Shown: in pieces, positions 11,114 to 23,392 of the stretch | Position numbering within the stretch: the first letter of the stretch is position 1 | Layout of the letters: each line of letters opens with the position of its first letter | Assembly (NCBI GenBank): GCA_048213135.1 | Contig: PS015530.1 | Location: 1-43,716 of the forward strand | DNA from: Reclinomonas americana ATCC 50394 | Lineage: Eukaryota | Reading direction: 5' to 3' | Length of the DNA stretch: 43,716 bases | The notes under the pieces: model-generated | Seen by the model: only the letters and a program-made list of their open reading frames with translations | Told to the model about the DNA's origin: nothing | Databases searched by the model: none | Program-made: the position numbers and the translations under genes

Positions 11114-11905
11114 ATGAATCAGGTGCGTCTCTGTGAGTGTGTAAGAGTGACTTCTCTCTTTGGCTTAATGTGTGTTGCACAGGTGTTCCTGTCTGCAGAG
11201 GAGCTGGTTCGAGCACGAGAAGCCTTCAATCGCTTTGATCGAGTTACGCGCGCTCACTCCCTCTCTCTCTCTCTGTGTGTGCACACTCTCTGACACACAC
11301 AGACACACACACAGAATGGCGACGGGCACATTGAGACGTGGGAGCTCAAGGCCGCCTTTCAAGGTACTCACATCACTCTCTGTGCATTCATTCACTCGAT
11401 GTCAGACACTGACTCTGTGTCTGTCACTCAGATATGGGGCAAGAACCCAGTGACGAGGAGCTGTTTGCAATGATGGCCGATGTCGACCAAGACACGAATG
11501 GAACGATCGAGTATGGCGAGTTTGTGCGACTCATTGAGAAGCAAAAGGCGGCACACATGAACTACAAGCCCGATCTCGACACTTGTTGCGTGCACCCCTC
11601 ACTCTCTCACCTTCCTCTCCTTTAACTCACTCTCTGGCCTTTTGCTCACTCAGTGGAGGCATTCGTGGCATTGGGAGGCAACAAGGACAAGACAGGGCAG
11701 TTGGATGCAGGCAAGCTGACGGACCTGGTGCGGGAACTCGGCTTGACTGTCGACATTGAGAAGCTGGTGGCGGAGGCCGACACTGATGGCAGTGGATTCG
11801 TGGACTTTGATGGTGGGTTAGGGGGGACGCCATCGTCTTTCTGTGTGTGTCGCTCACTCGCTCTCGATTGCAGAGTTTGCCGAAATGATGAGGGACGACT
11901 TGTGA
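11114..11905 (+). CDS. Calmodulin-like EF-hand protein, homolog of flagellar outer-arm dynein 18 kDa light chain LC4
   Basis: Six exons: AREAFNRFDRNGDGHIETWELKAAFQDMGQEPSDEELFAMMADVDQDTNGTIEYGEF...DTLEAFVALGGNKDKTG...LTVDIEKLVAEADTDGSGFVDFDEF. 'DTLxAFVALGGN' is the LC4 signature as recalled. Confidence 0.85.
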
Positions 11906-12042
11906 CGGGTGAACGCGCTTCCGCAGCGTGTGTTGTGTTGGCTCAGCAGCGACATGTTGGAAATGAATTTAAGGTTGTACAATGGACCCCCCGCACGAGC
12001 GGCACATGATGATCATTCCGTTTACCAACGTAGCATCGATAA

Positions 12043-13289
12043 TCATGGCTGTGCGGCATTGGCCTTCTTCAGCAGATACTTGCGCACGTAGGGTGTGTCG
12101 ATGCCGAGACGAGCCAGGGTGTCGACCGGCAGTGCGTACACCGGATCGATGGTCTTCAGCTGCTCGGGATAGTAGCCCATCAGCGACAGACCGGAGACGC
12201 CGAAAAACGTGTGGAACACATCGGGCATGTCGCCCGGCGCATCCGCGATTCCACCATCCTCCGCATCCTGGCAGCGCAAGATGAAGCCCTTGAGTGCCGG
12301 CTGACTGATCCAGTCCAGGCGATCGAGCATGGCCAGCGCCGACAGATCCCACCACGAGTAGCACACATCGGCCTTCTTCTCGGGTCTGCCGTTCAGGCCG
12401 CCCGAGTCGGCCAGCTGTCGCTCAGCGAGCCACCATCCCAACAGATCCGAGTCCACCTGGTCAAGCGCTCCCGCAATCGCCAGCACACCCACACACGTGA
12501 AGACTGCGCACGAAACTCGCGGTGAGAAACGTATCACACTCACGAGGGCGCCGTCATCGCAACTCTGTCCTCCGTGACTCTCCGCGCCCGGAATGGCACC
12601 AAAGCCGCCATCAAAGTTGCGGCACTTCTTGATAAAGTCGACGGCCAGCGGCACGTTGACGACGTCGAGTCTCCGCAACAGCGACAGCGCATTGAGTGCA
12701 CAGTACGAGAATCGCGTGTCCACCTCGCCGTACTTGTCGCCACAAAAGGAGCCATCGGCCTGCTGCAGACTGGCAATGAAGCGCACCACAGGCTCACCTC
12801 GCTCAGGGAGATCCTGCGCTGCTGTGTAAGAGGCAGAGGCAGAGGCAGAGAGAGAGAGACTGCAGTGAGGCCGCAACATCGGGCAATGCACACCCGGCCA
12901 ATGCCATCAATTGAATCGCCGATAATGTGTACAGCAGATGCCCATCGTGTCCCTCGTTGCCTCCAAACGCCCCTGTTCTCTCGTCGTAGCAGCGCATGCA
13001 AAAGGCGAGCACATCGGGACGTTCCCGCTCCGCATCAAAGTCTCCCAGCAGGTCCGCTGCAGTCAGTCCCCAATATGCTCCCGAGATGCGCAGGTGCTCA
13101 CTGACAAAGTACATGAAGTTGTCGCGTTGCTGCACGTGTGTGAGTGTGAGAGTGAGCATGCCGAGAACACACACACACACGTGCGCACACAGAGACATGC
13201 GTGTGTGGGGAGGAGACCTTGTCGAGTTCGCGAATGTAGTGCACATGCTTGTCGCGCAAGAACTCGGGCTCTCCCTCCGCTTGCGACAT
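12043..13289 (-). CDS. RABGGTB: Rab geranylgeranyltransferase (type II) beta subunit
   Basis: [97 protein letters not shown]; three introns. Confidence 0.96.
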
Positions 13290-14060
13290 GATATGAAAGG
13301 CAAAAGTGGCTCTGAAAACACGTGTGGGACACAGCTGCAAGGTGATCGCAAGTGTGCTCCTGTCCGTGCCTATCATGTTGCTTACGAAACTCTGCCACGA
13401 CTACGCAGCTTCGTGAAGCGAATTGCGGCCAAGAAGCACGGCCGCGGTCTCATGATTGCGACGTCGACGTTCCCTGTGCACTTGTGCTTGCACGCACTGT
13501 CAGCAAGCCACGGTGATCCCTACGCCGATACACATTGCTCTCCTCTCTCCACTGCACACCTCTATCACATGAAAACAAAAGAGGGACCACGCGAGAGGTG
13601 CGACGTCGACGCGCCACAGGACCGCTCTTTCTCACGCAAGCACTCGAGCTCGAGACAGAGAGACAAGTGAGAAGCGGNNNNNNNNNNNNNNNNNNNNNNN
13701 NNNNNNNNNNNNNNNNNNNNNNNNNNNNNNNNNNNNNNNNNNNNNNNNNNNNNNNNNNNNNNNNNNNNNNNNNNNNNNNNNNNNNNNNNNNNNNNNNNNN
13801 NNNNNNNNNNNNNNNNNNNNNNNNNNNNNNNNNNNNNNNNNNNNNNNNNNNNNNNNNNNNNNNNNNNNNNNNNNNNNNNNNNNNNNNNNNNNNNNNNNNN
13901 NNNNNNNNNNNNNNNNNNNNNNNNNNNNNNNNNNNNNNNNNNNNNNNNNNNNNNNNNNNNNNNNNNNNNNNNNNNNNNNNNNNNNNNNNNNNNNNNNNNC
14001 GGTGGTCTGATGTCTGCCTGTCTCTCTGTTTCTCTTTTCTGCACTCGCCTGACGCTATAG

Positions 14061-15514
14061 CATGTGTAGGATCGGCGCCGACCAGCACCAACACATCGCC
14101 TCTTCGGTCTCCGCCGGCGCATGCGGCGGTCTCGGCGCTGCATTCGTCGGAGGAGCGTGTGCGATCGCTGACAGCTCGTGTGCAGTTGCTGGAGGCGCAG
14201 CTGGCCGAGTCACACGCGGCGCATGCGCGGGCGCAGGAGGAGAACCGCCGCACTGTGCAGCACGTGACCACTCTCGTGCAGCAAACGGAAGACATGGCGC
14301 AGGCATTGGAGAAACTCACCGATGAGTGCGAGGCGCACAAGAAGGCGCGACACGTTGCCGAGAAACACGTACAGGTTGCCTCTCTCTGTGCACTACTCGT
14401 TTCTTTGTGGTGAATGAGACGTGCACTCACTTCCACCCGCACAGGATATGGGTGACACGGTGCGGTTACAGGCCATGAGGATACGACATTTGGAGCAGTA
14501 CATTGAGCAACTGGCCAGTTCATCAGGTTGGCCTGCGCAGATGTGCTCTGCCGTTTTGCAGTGCTGTACGTCTGACATGCCTTTTCGCAGCCATGTACAC
14601 CGTGGGCCGATTGGACGATCCGGTATCGCGATCGCCGCCACCACCAATCGCCACACCATTGCGAATGGAGGTGTGTGTCTCGAATATTGTCTCTGCCACG
14701 TTGTTGTGCTTACGCGCAGCGGTGCACCGCAGTCCTCTCATGCCGCCCCCTCAATCACACCACCGGCGTTTGCGACGGATCCCTTGTCGCGTGCGGCTGC
14801 CGCCGCTGCATCCGCAGCAGCCGCTCGGCCACAAACGCTGGCGGCACCAGCAAGTGGAATTGTAAAGGGCGTCAAGTACGATCTGGCGCCACGCGAGGGC
14901 GTATCGCCACGTCAAGACCCCAACGAACTCACAGTGGCGCTGACGGACGAGTTTTCCGGATTCTCGGGTCCAGGATCCGAGGTGGACTCGGTGAATGGTG
15001 ACTCGTCGCCCACCAACTCAGACGGCGGCGGTGGACCGCCATATGGACGGGATCGCGTCGACCCCCTCACATTTGGAAAAGTTGTACCCGATGGGAGGCA
15101 GCCTCCCGTGCCCTTCCGTCCACCATCGTCGGATGCCGCCAAAGCGCCACCGGAGCCTGTGTCGGCGGTGAGCTCCATGTTGGAGTGGTTGTTTTTTTCA
15201 TTGCGCCATGCCGCCGTTGTGTAATCGGGTGTGTTTGTTTGAGCAGGCGTCGCTGGCCGATCTGGCACGGCGCTCTCCAACAGTTGCGCGTGGGTGGCCG
15301 ACGTTCTGTGAGTGTGTCTTGTCTCTCATCGTATGCCACAGAAAATGTCGGACGAGGAGTTTTTGCAATACTTGGACTCTTTCCAAGGTACGGTGCTGAT
15401 ACATGTGTCCCCCACCCACGCTGCTGTGCCTCACGCTTGGTATGTACATTGCGCGTGTTCACACTGTGTCCAGCACAAACGTCGGCGCTGTTGAATCAGA
15501 GCGGTGGCTTTTGA
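14061..15514 (+). CDS. Hypothetical coiled-coil protein with Pro/Ser-rich tail (5' part in or before the gap; possible ATG at 13569)
   Basis: Heptad-rich exon EERVRSLTARVQLLEAQLAES...LEKLTDECEAHKKAR. In-frame GT-AG joins lead to ...KMSDEEFLQYLDSFQAQTSALLNQSGGF*. Confidence 0.7.
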
Positions 15515-15569
15515 GAGTGTGTGATCGCATAAAAATTATGGTGTCGCCTGTTGAGTCGTCGCCGAGTCC

Positions 15570-18500
15570 TCACATCGTGCATGTCTTGGAGCCGACGCGG
15601 ATCTTGGTCGGCTTGCGGGTGATGCCAGTGGCGTTGGTGCCGGTGAAGCTAATGGAGCCGGAGGTCTGTGGATGGAAGATGTGTGAGCGACGCGGTAAGT
15701 GAGAGCAGCAATGTCGGCACACAAAAACGCAACATTGTACGAGGCAACAGTGGCGGTGAAGTTACCACCGGTGGCCGACGTCAGCGTGCCGTTCCACAAG
15801 TCGGACGTGTTGATCGTGTACAGGCCCGACCATGCAATCTGTGTTCCTGGCGCCGCCAGAGTAGAGCTGGCACTCTGTGGGTAGGGGAGTTAGAGCGATC
15901 TTCATGGCCTCGGCAGCGAGCGAAAGTCGCACGCAACAATCGTGGCCTGGAAACCATTGCCCCAGTCGTTGGTGACTGTAAAGTTGATGCCGAGCGAGCT
16001 GCATGTCGGGTATGTCGTCGGCGGAGCTGTGTATACTGGCGATGAGCAAAGTGATTCGATATTTTTGTCTCGCGCAATGCACACGCAACTGCTGCACGAC
16101 GTGCCCGTGTAGCCATCGTAGCAAGCACATACACCATTGTTGCAATCGCCGAACCCACTGCAGGCAGGAGTGCCGGGGCAGGCCAGCGGAGCGGTTCCGC
16201 ACGGCACACCATCGATGATAAAGTTGGTTCCAGTCGGCGGGTTGGTGGTCGAATACTGGACACAAAACACACAGTGAGCAGTGTGACGCGTCGAGGAGAT
16301 GGGGGCAGCACCAGTAGAACGCACGTAGACATTGAAGCCGAACTGGTTGCTGCTCTGCGTTTGAACCCTGGTACCCGTGCATTATGTGAGTATCGAGTGG
16401 ACACAATCGGTGAGAGGTGACGTTGAAAAAACTCACGATGGCTTCGTCTTCATGGTCGTCGCGTTCACTAGCTCGGTGACGCTCCACGTCTGCAACGAAG
16501 TGACAGCAGAGCTCCATGTCCAGCCCAGTTTGGTTCCCTACGCATGCATCGTTCAGCTGCGATGCACATAAACCTACATGGGCATGCACTGTCAAACGTA
16601 CCGCCTTGCCGGTCTTGATCGTTACCGTCACAGTCTGTCCACCAGGCCACGTTGAGGAGGGCGCCCACGTGACATCGGCACAGGTAGCACCTCCAGAAGC
16701 TGTATAGAACGTGGAGTGAGTACGTCACTCACGTCCTTTGCCACACACACGCCAACATCACACGAAACTCGTGCAGCCTCCAGTGGCACCAGACTGGCAC
16801 GTGGTTCCCGAGGGGCTGGCGAAGAAAACAAATAGTAAGCCTCTGTGGACGCAACATTCTCGAGTTGCTATGACTCACCATTGCGAGCAGAGGCCAGAGC
16901 ACGTGGCACCGTAGTAGCCGTTGGGGCAAGTGCATGCACCAGTACCCGTCAGACCAGATGAGCAGCTGTGGCGAAAACGGTGAGAACATGCAGAGTGACA
17001 CGGTCGCAAGGCAGTTAACGCACGTTCCGCCATTCACGCAGTTACAGGTACCGCTGCACGTCGAACCGTAGCGGCCCGCCAAGCACGATGCGCAGTTGGT
17101 CGCCGGGTCAAAGCCAGCAGGGCACGTGCACTTGCCACTGCCGGTCGTGCCACTCTGGCACCTGCACGAAAAATGTAGGTCAGATGTTGAAGGCGAGCAC
17201 GAAGTTCGTGCAGCCATAGTAACGCAACGTGCCGCCATTGGCGCAGGTCGGGCACACGCCAGTGCATGTGGGGCCGTAGCGGCCGGCAATGCAGGTGGTG
17301 CAGGTGGGAGACGCGAAGCCGGCGGCGCAAACGCAGCCGCCAGTGGCACCAGAGGTGCAGGTCGAGTTGGCGGGGCTGCAAGGCACAGCGGTAAGCACAG
17401 GCGCGCGTACCAGAACAGCAGAAGCAGTCACCACAAAACAAACCACTGCGAGCAGAGGCCGGAGCATGTGGCACCGTAGAAGCCAGTGGGGCAAGTGCAA
17501 GTTCCGTTGCCAGTCAGACCAGAGTTGCATCTGCAGCACCAGTGAGCAATCCGGGGGGGAAAAGAAGATGCAGACACTCGCAGTCAGCTGTGACGACGCA
17601 CGTTCCGCCATTCACGCAGTTGCAGGTACCGCTGCATGTCGAGCCGTAGCGGCCGGCCAAGCATGATGCGCAGTTGGTCGCCGGGTCAAAGCCAGCAGTA
17701 CACGTGCACTTGCCACTGCCGGTCGTGCCACTCTGGCACCTGCACGAAGAATGTGTGTCAGAGGTTGAAGAACAGCAAGAAGATGGCGCGGCCAATCGTA
17801 ACGCAACGTGCCACCGTTGGCGCAGGTCGGGCACACGCCGCTGCACGTGGGACCGTAGCGACCAGCAATGCAGTTGGCGCAAGTGGGAGACGCGAAACCG
17901 GCGGCACACGCGCATCCGCCATTGGCACCAGAGGTGCACGCAGTGTTCGCAGGGCTGATAATGCACGACGAATGTCACAACAGGTGAACTCAAAGCACAC
18001 TCACGGTCGCCACACACCATTGTGAGCACTGTCCCGAGCACGTGGAGCCGTAGAAACCAGTGGTGCAAGTGCACGATCCGTTGCCGGTGATACCCTCGTT
18101 GCAGCTGCATTCGATGATATAAGACGATAATTTCGCATGGCATGCAAACCGCACGCGGCAAACCTGGCGCCATTCTGGCACGCGCAGACGCCACTGCAGG
18201 TGGCGCCGTAGCGACCCGGCAAGCACGACGCGCAATTGTCGGCGGTGTTGAAGCCAATGGGGCACGAGCATGTGCCGTTGCCCGACAAGCCATCAGTGCA
18301 CCTGCAGGCGACGTGTGCAAGGAGGCGCGTGAGCGATTACGTTTCGTATATACGTATTCAGAACACGACTCACTTGCCGCCGTTGGCGCAGGTGGGGCAC
18401 GTGCCACTGCAGGTGGCGCCGAAGCGTCCGGCCAAGCAGGAGGTGCAGTTGGTGGCCGGGTCGAAGCCATTCGTGCATGAGCACTTGCCTGTCGCCGTGT

Positions 18501-21500
18501 CGCATGAGCCGCCGTTCGCGCACGTCGGGCAGGTGGGCATCGAGGCTGTGAAGAACGCGAGAGGTCAGCAAGAGTGCGAGAGACGGAAAGAATGAGAAAG
18601 AGAATGAATACGCAACCACCGCACGACACGCCATCAATCTTGAAGTTGGAGGCAGTCGGCGCAGTGGTTCCGGTCTGAGAGGCGACAGCACGACGATCAG
18701 AATGCAATTCTGTTCAATAGGATCGCAGTGACAGGCGGAATGACGCACGTAAATGGCGTTGAAGCCGAAGCTGCCCATGTTGTCGTACATGGTCTTCACG
18801 GACGTGCTGTTGATCAGTGTTGCGTTCCAGATGTCGGTGCTGCTGATCGTAACCGAGCCAGACCATGTCCATGAAATCACGGAGCCCTACACACACACCA
18901 ACAATATACAGTTAGTTGGTCGAAGCACTCCACAGACTGCAGAGACTCCACACACACGAGTCACCAGCTTGGCGGTCGGAGCCGTCGCATTGATGGTCAT
19001 ACCGTTGCCGCCGCCCCACACGTTGACGTTGAATACGACACAATCGGCCGGCAACGGAGGTGCCACTGCACAATGCAGAGAAGGAGTTGGGCGCTGAATG
19101 AACACAGCTCACGTGTGGCGGCAAAATGCTGCGAACCACTGCAGTCGGTGGCAGTGTAACCGCCAGTGCATGTGCACACGCCACGCGTCGTGTCGCAGTT
19201 GCCGTGGTTTGAGCAGTTATTCGGGCACGGAATCGGGGCCACTGAGTGGCGAGGCGGTTGTGAGACAGATATTCGTTGATGGCTGACGGCGGTAAGTAAC
19301 AAGAAAACACACCGCTGCAGTCAGTGCCAGTGTAGCCACCAGTGCAGGCGCACACGCCGCGAGTCGTATCGCACATGCCGTGGCCGCTGCAGTTGCTCGG
19401 GCAGGGAATCGGATTGGGCGGGGCAACTGCAAGTGCACGAGACGTGAGGGAACGAGAAGCGAGGTGATCGTGAAGTAGAAACGTGCAAACCAGAGCAGTC
19501 CAGGCCGGTGTAGCCGCTGGTGCAAGTGCACAGACCAGTGGTGGTGTCGCAAGTGCCGTTGCTGCTGCAGTTGTTCGGGCACGTCAGCGGAGTCGGCGGT
19601 GGCACACCGCTGCCGTCGGGCTGTGTGCCAAAGGCGATTTGGCCAAGTGCCGAGTTGTAAATGACCACATGCGAGCCTCCGGCGTACGACCTGGAGTGGT
19701 GATGTAAGTTGTGTGCCTGAGAGAAAAACAAGGAATAGTACAGCGCAGCACGACAAACCAATCCTTGGTGCGGTCCCACTTGCTGTTGGTGACGTTGCCG
19801 GAGAGGGTGAAGCGAATTTGAGCCTCGGCCTGCGCGCAGGTGTTGCTTCAGCACAAACAGAGAGAGGGGTGAGAGTTTGGAGACGGTCGCACCTGGTACA
19901 CGCCCTGGCCACCTGGATACGGTGCGTTGGCAGCCGAATAGGACACCTCAATAAAGTCTGTGGTAAAGAACGTCGTGTCAGCATCAAGAGCGCATGTCGC
20001 GAGCCCACGCGCAGCAACGCAACAAATATTGCCGGACCACAGCTGCAGGGGCGAGACAGTGGCGCTGCCCTGATTGTACGAAGTGCTCACAGTCACGTGC
20101 GAGGCGGGGGTGCCGCCCAGGTTCATCGAGGCCACATCGCTCAAGTCGAGGAAGTAGCTGTGCGACAAAATGCACGGTAAGTGTGTGGCGACAGTGGTGA
20201 GCTCACACGTGAGTGGTGGCGCACCGGTAGGCGAGCGGGAAGCGACGAGCGGGCCAGGCGGTAGTCTGGCTGATGACAATCTTGAATTCGGTGAAGGAGC
20301 CGGCCTGCTGTTGCTGTACCGTCACCGCCGCCGCAAACTCGGTTTGCACGGCCTCGGTGGCGATGGTCGGCGGTGGCGAGACGGCAAAGCGAGCGCTCAG
20401 CGCCGCCAGCGCACCAGTGAGTCCAGCGTTGTAGTCGACTGCCACTTCGTTGGTGACGTAGTTGGTGCGATCATCCTGCAAGCACACACACTTATCAGCG
20501 ACAAAAAAACTTATCTTCTCGCTCCTCACTCTTTCAGAAACGCAACAACATAGGACGCTGGGTTGGTGGACGAGGGACCGCCAACCAGGGCGCCGTACAG
20601 GGTGTGCACGTTGACAGTCGGGCAGCAACCGGCCTGGTTCGCCCACGGGCCGTGGCCGGTGCGGTGGTGCGGATTGCGCGGGAAGTTTGAGCCGAAGCCA
20701 ATGACGTACGAGCGAGCGGCGCTGTTCTTGCCGAGGATGTAGTTGATCTGCGACGAGGAGACACCGAGCGCGGTGGAGGCTGTGGACGGCCAGCGCTTGG
20801 CCCAGGCCTCGGCAATCACGGCACCGTTGGCGGCGTAGCGAAGCGAGCCCCACTGGTCGACCACAATCAGGCCGTCGGGCGTGCAACCCATGCCCACCGC
20901 GCACGTGCTCAGGCGGTTCATGTCGTTGTTGAGACGCGAGACCACTGTGTCGCGAAGCGACGTGTTGCCCGTGGCCACGGCGGCGTCGAACAGCAGCAGC
21001 GCTGGTGAAGGGGAGGATGGGTGAGGGAGAGGGGTGGGAGGGTGAGAGGGAGGGGCGTGAAGGAGAAAGTACCTGCGCCTTGCGAGACATTGTCCCTGGT
21101 GGAGGGAGACACGCAGGAGGTGAGCGGCGATGGAGCGAGAGGGATGAGCTTATTGACGACGACTGCGTACCATGAGATGACGCCGAGACCAGGGTCCGAG
21201 ACACCATACGCGGCAGTCGCCTTGCTCAGGTACGCCGAGTCGCCAGTGAGCTTGTACATCCAGGCACTGGCCCAGGCGATCTCATCCTGGTAGCCGCTCC
21301 AGCTGTTGTAGAACGCGGCAGCGTTGGTGATGCAGTTCGAGTACGCGCCCTTGTAGTTGAAGCCAAAGTCGTACAGCTGCGCGGCCACCGTGCGCAGCTG
21401 TGAAATGTACGTCGACGTGGCGCCGCCTACCACAGCGAAATGAGGCCAAAGGGAAGAGTGCACAACACAGAGAGAGAGACACACACACACACACACCATA

Positions 21501-22375
21501 CTGAGTAAAGTAAAGCGCCGAGGCAGCGAGTGCAGCGGCAAACTCCATGGCCACCTCCGTGCCGGGGCACGTGGGTGTCTGCATTCAGCAGGTGTTAGTT
21601 TCCGCTGCAGAATGTACCGGCAACGAGAAGAGAACGCACCAGCCAGTACGTGGGGCGCGGCGTGGTGGTGTAAAACGTGGTGAGGACCTCGCACGCCATC
21701 CACTGTGACGCGCGTGAGACAGCAAGCAACAACAACACAACAAGACAAGATGCCAATCACGCAACGTATGAGTGATCGACATTGCCGTCGCCCACTTGAC
21801 CAGCCAAGCGCGGCACAGACGGCTGCATGTGCGTGGGTCAGTATTCGCAGAACTACAGAGCAGCAGCGCAAAAAGGCAACAACACACCTCCCACGCCGCA
21901 ATAATGTACGAGGTGATGTATTGCAGTTCGGCTTGCAGCGCCGAGTGCAGTCCGCTGGCCGTGTAGCCGGCGCCGAACTCCAGTCCACTGAATGCCAACA
22001 TGGACGCCGAGTAACCGAGCGGCAAGTGGAACTAACCAAAAGATGCGTTGTGTGAGACACAGAGAGAGAGAGTGCGAGAACATTGTACACACGCACCTTG
22101 ACTTGATCACCGGCATCAAACCAGCCTCCCGCGAGGCTGCCATTGTTGCCGTCGTTGGGGTAGCAGTCGGCGCGCCAGTTGATGTTGGCGGTGGAGCCCT
22201 TGGCGCGTTGTGCGCGGTAGAAGAAGAAGGAGAGTTGCAAGGCGCGCGCATAGTCATACGGAGGCGTTGTGCCTTGTGCGTGTGCGGTGGGCGTTGAGGC
22301 GAGCAGAGAGAGCGTCGCCACGCACATGATGAGGAAGAGAGCGGCGTGTGCCGCCATGGCGTGCGGGCGAGACAT
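15570..22375 (-). CDS. Secreted modular cellulase: signal peptide - GH9 - CBM3c - EGF repeats - three CBM2-like domains interspersed with EGF/laminin-EGF repeats
   Basis: GH9 motifs YDYARALQLSFFFYRAQR, LAGGWFDAGDQVKF, QVGDGNVDHSYW, YQDEIAWASAWMYK, SYVIGFGSNFPRNPHHR, LYGALVGGP and DDRTNYVTNEVAVDYNAG. CBM3c motifs TTAWPAR, RYFLDLSD, GNIYFIEV, YPGGQ, WDRTKDWS. EGF CPNNCSSNGTCDTTTGLCTC. CBM2-like VTNDWGNGFQATI, IWNAT, SFGFN. Confidence 0.92.
16880..18550 (-). repeat. Tandem duplication (~575 bp unit, three copies) of a three-exon EGF module within the cellulase gene
   Basis: 17020-17192 and 17598-17772 are near-identical, including part of the intron. A more diverged third copy lies at ~18017-18550. 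Confidence 0.85.
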
Positions 22376-23392
22376 GATTGTTGGTGTGCGCAAGAGACGG
22401 ATCTGGACAGCACCTGAACGCAACCGACGCTCGCGACGCCATGCAGCGATTTTGAAGTCAATATTCAATACTCGCGCAGTGTTTTTGTGGAGGGGAAGGA
22501 GTGGGAAGCGGTGGTGGCAGTGGCCGTGCTTGTCATGCGTGACAAGGAGGGAGATCCAACGAATGCGGAAGAATTCGTTTTGTTTTTGCATGCATGTGTT
22601 CGTTCGGAATGGCTGGTGTATCGTCTCGCTTTTCGGTTTCATGGTTACGGCCAGGGAGGTGGTGGAGGGGCGGCCGAGAGTGTGCGCGTGGGTGAGTGGG
22701 TGAGTGAGCGCACATGATCATGCATTGGTGCGAAATTGAAGTCGACGCACCACATGCCCTTCCCTTTTCGCTGCATTTTGCGTTCAGGTGCGAAAGACAG
22801 CGTCGCATCTGCGTGACTCGTGCACCAACGTGCGTGGTTCCTCTTGCAAAAATGCCAGCATGAGTCCTGCTTCGAATTGTAGATCCCGGGATCGATCGCG
22901 CGCGATATCTGGAACAGTGGCGTCTCAGTTTCTGATGCCTCCACAAGGTTCATCATTGTGCAGCTATGTTGCTGTTTGAATTAGGAAAAGGCTTGCTGTT
23001 GCAGCACGCTCCAGCCGTCGGATGCACGGGAATCGCTGCGAAAATGGAAATTTCCGAATTCGGCTTTTCCTCTTGCTTTATGTTGCAATGCGCCCCTCTC
23101 CTCCTGTAAGCTCATCAGCACGAAGCGCATTCGTAGCATAACACCGCGAATCGCTGGTCCCCGTTGCCCACAGCGTCTCCGATATCGATATCACATTCAC
23201 CGTCCCACTCAACCAACCAACCTCCACGGACCCACCAAACACACACGCAGAGTCGCACGCGCACAAGGCACATCGCTCGCCTTTTCCGCAGCCTCATCCT
23301 CCACCGCTCTCTCTCTTTCTCACACATTCGATATCGCATCGTGCATTTCGCTTGCTCGTCGCCTGCGGAGATTTTCCACACACACAAACGCC

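Noticed and set aside
16880-19600. CRISPR-like or mobile repeat array
   Set aside because: The repeats are protein-coding EGF exons separated by GT-AG introns.
20023-21765. Non-GT introns of the form G|TTGCGT...AGN (both cut sites slid by one base)
   Set aside because: Sliding changes conserved residues (GH9 DHSYW to DHSYG, CBM3c GNIY to GNIC, RABGGTB GQIF to GQSF, SKLY to SKLC), so the boundaries are GT-AG.
22882-23063. Short palindromes (GATCCCGGGATC, GGAAATTTCC, CCGAATTCGG) in the divergent intergenic region
   Set aside because: Too short to distinguish from chance; no tRNA or snRNA structure recognised.
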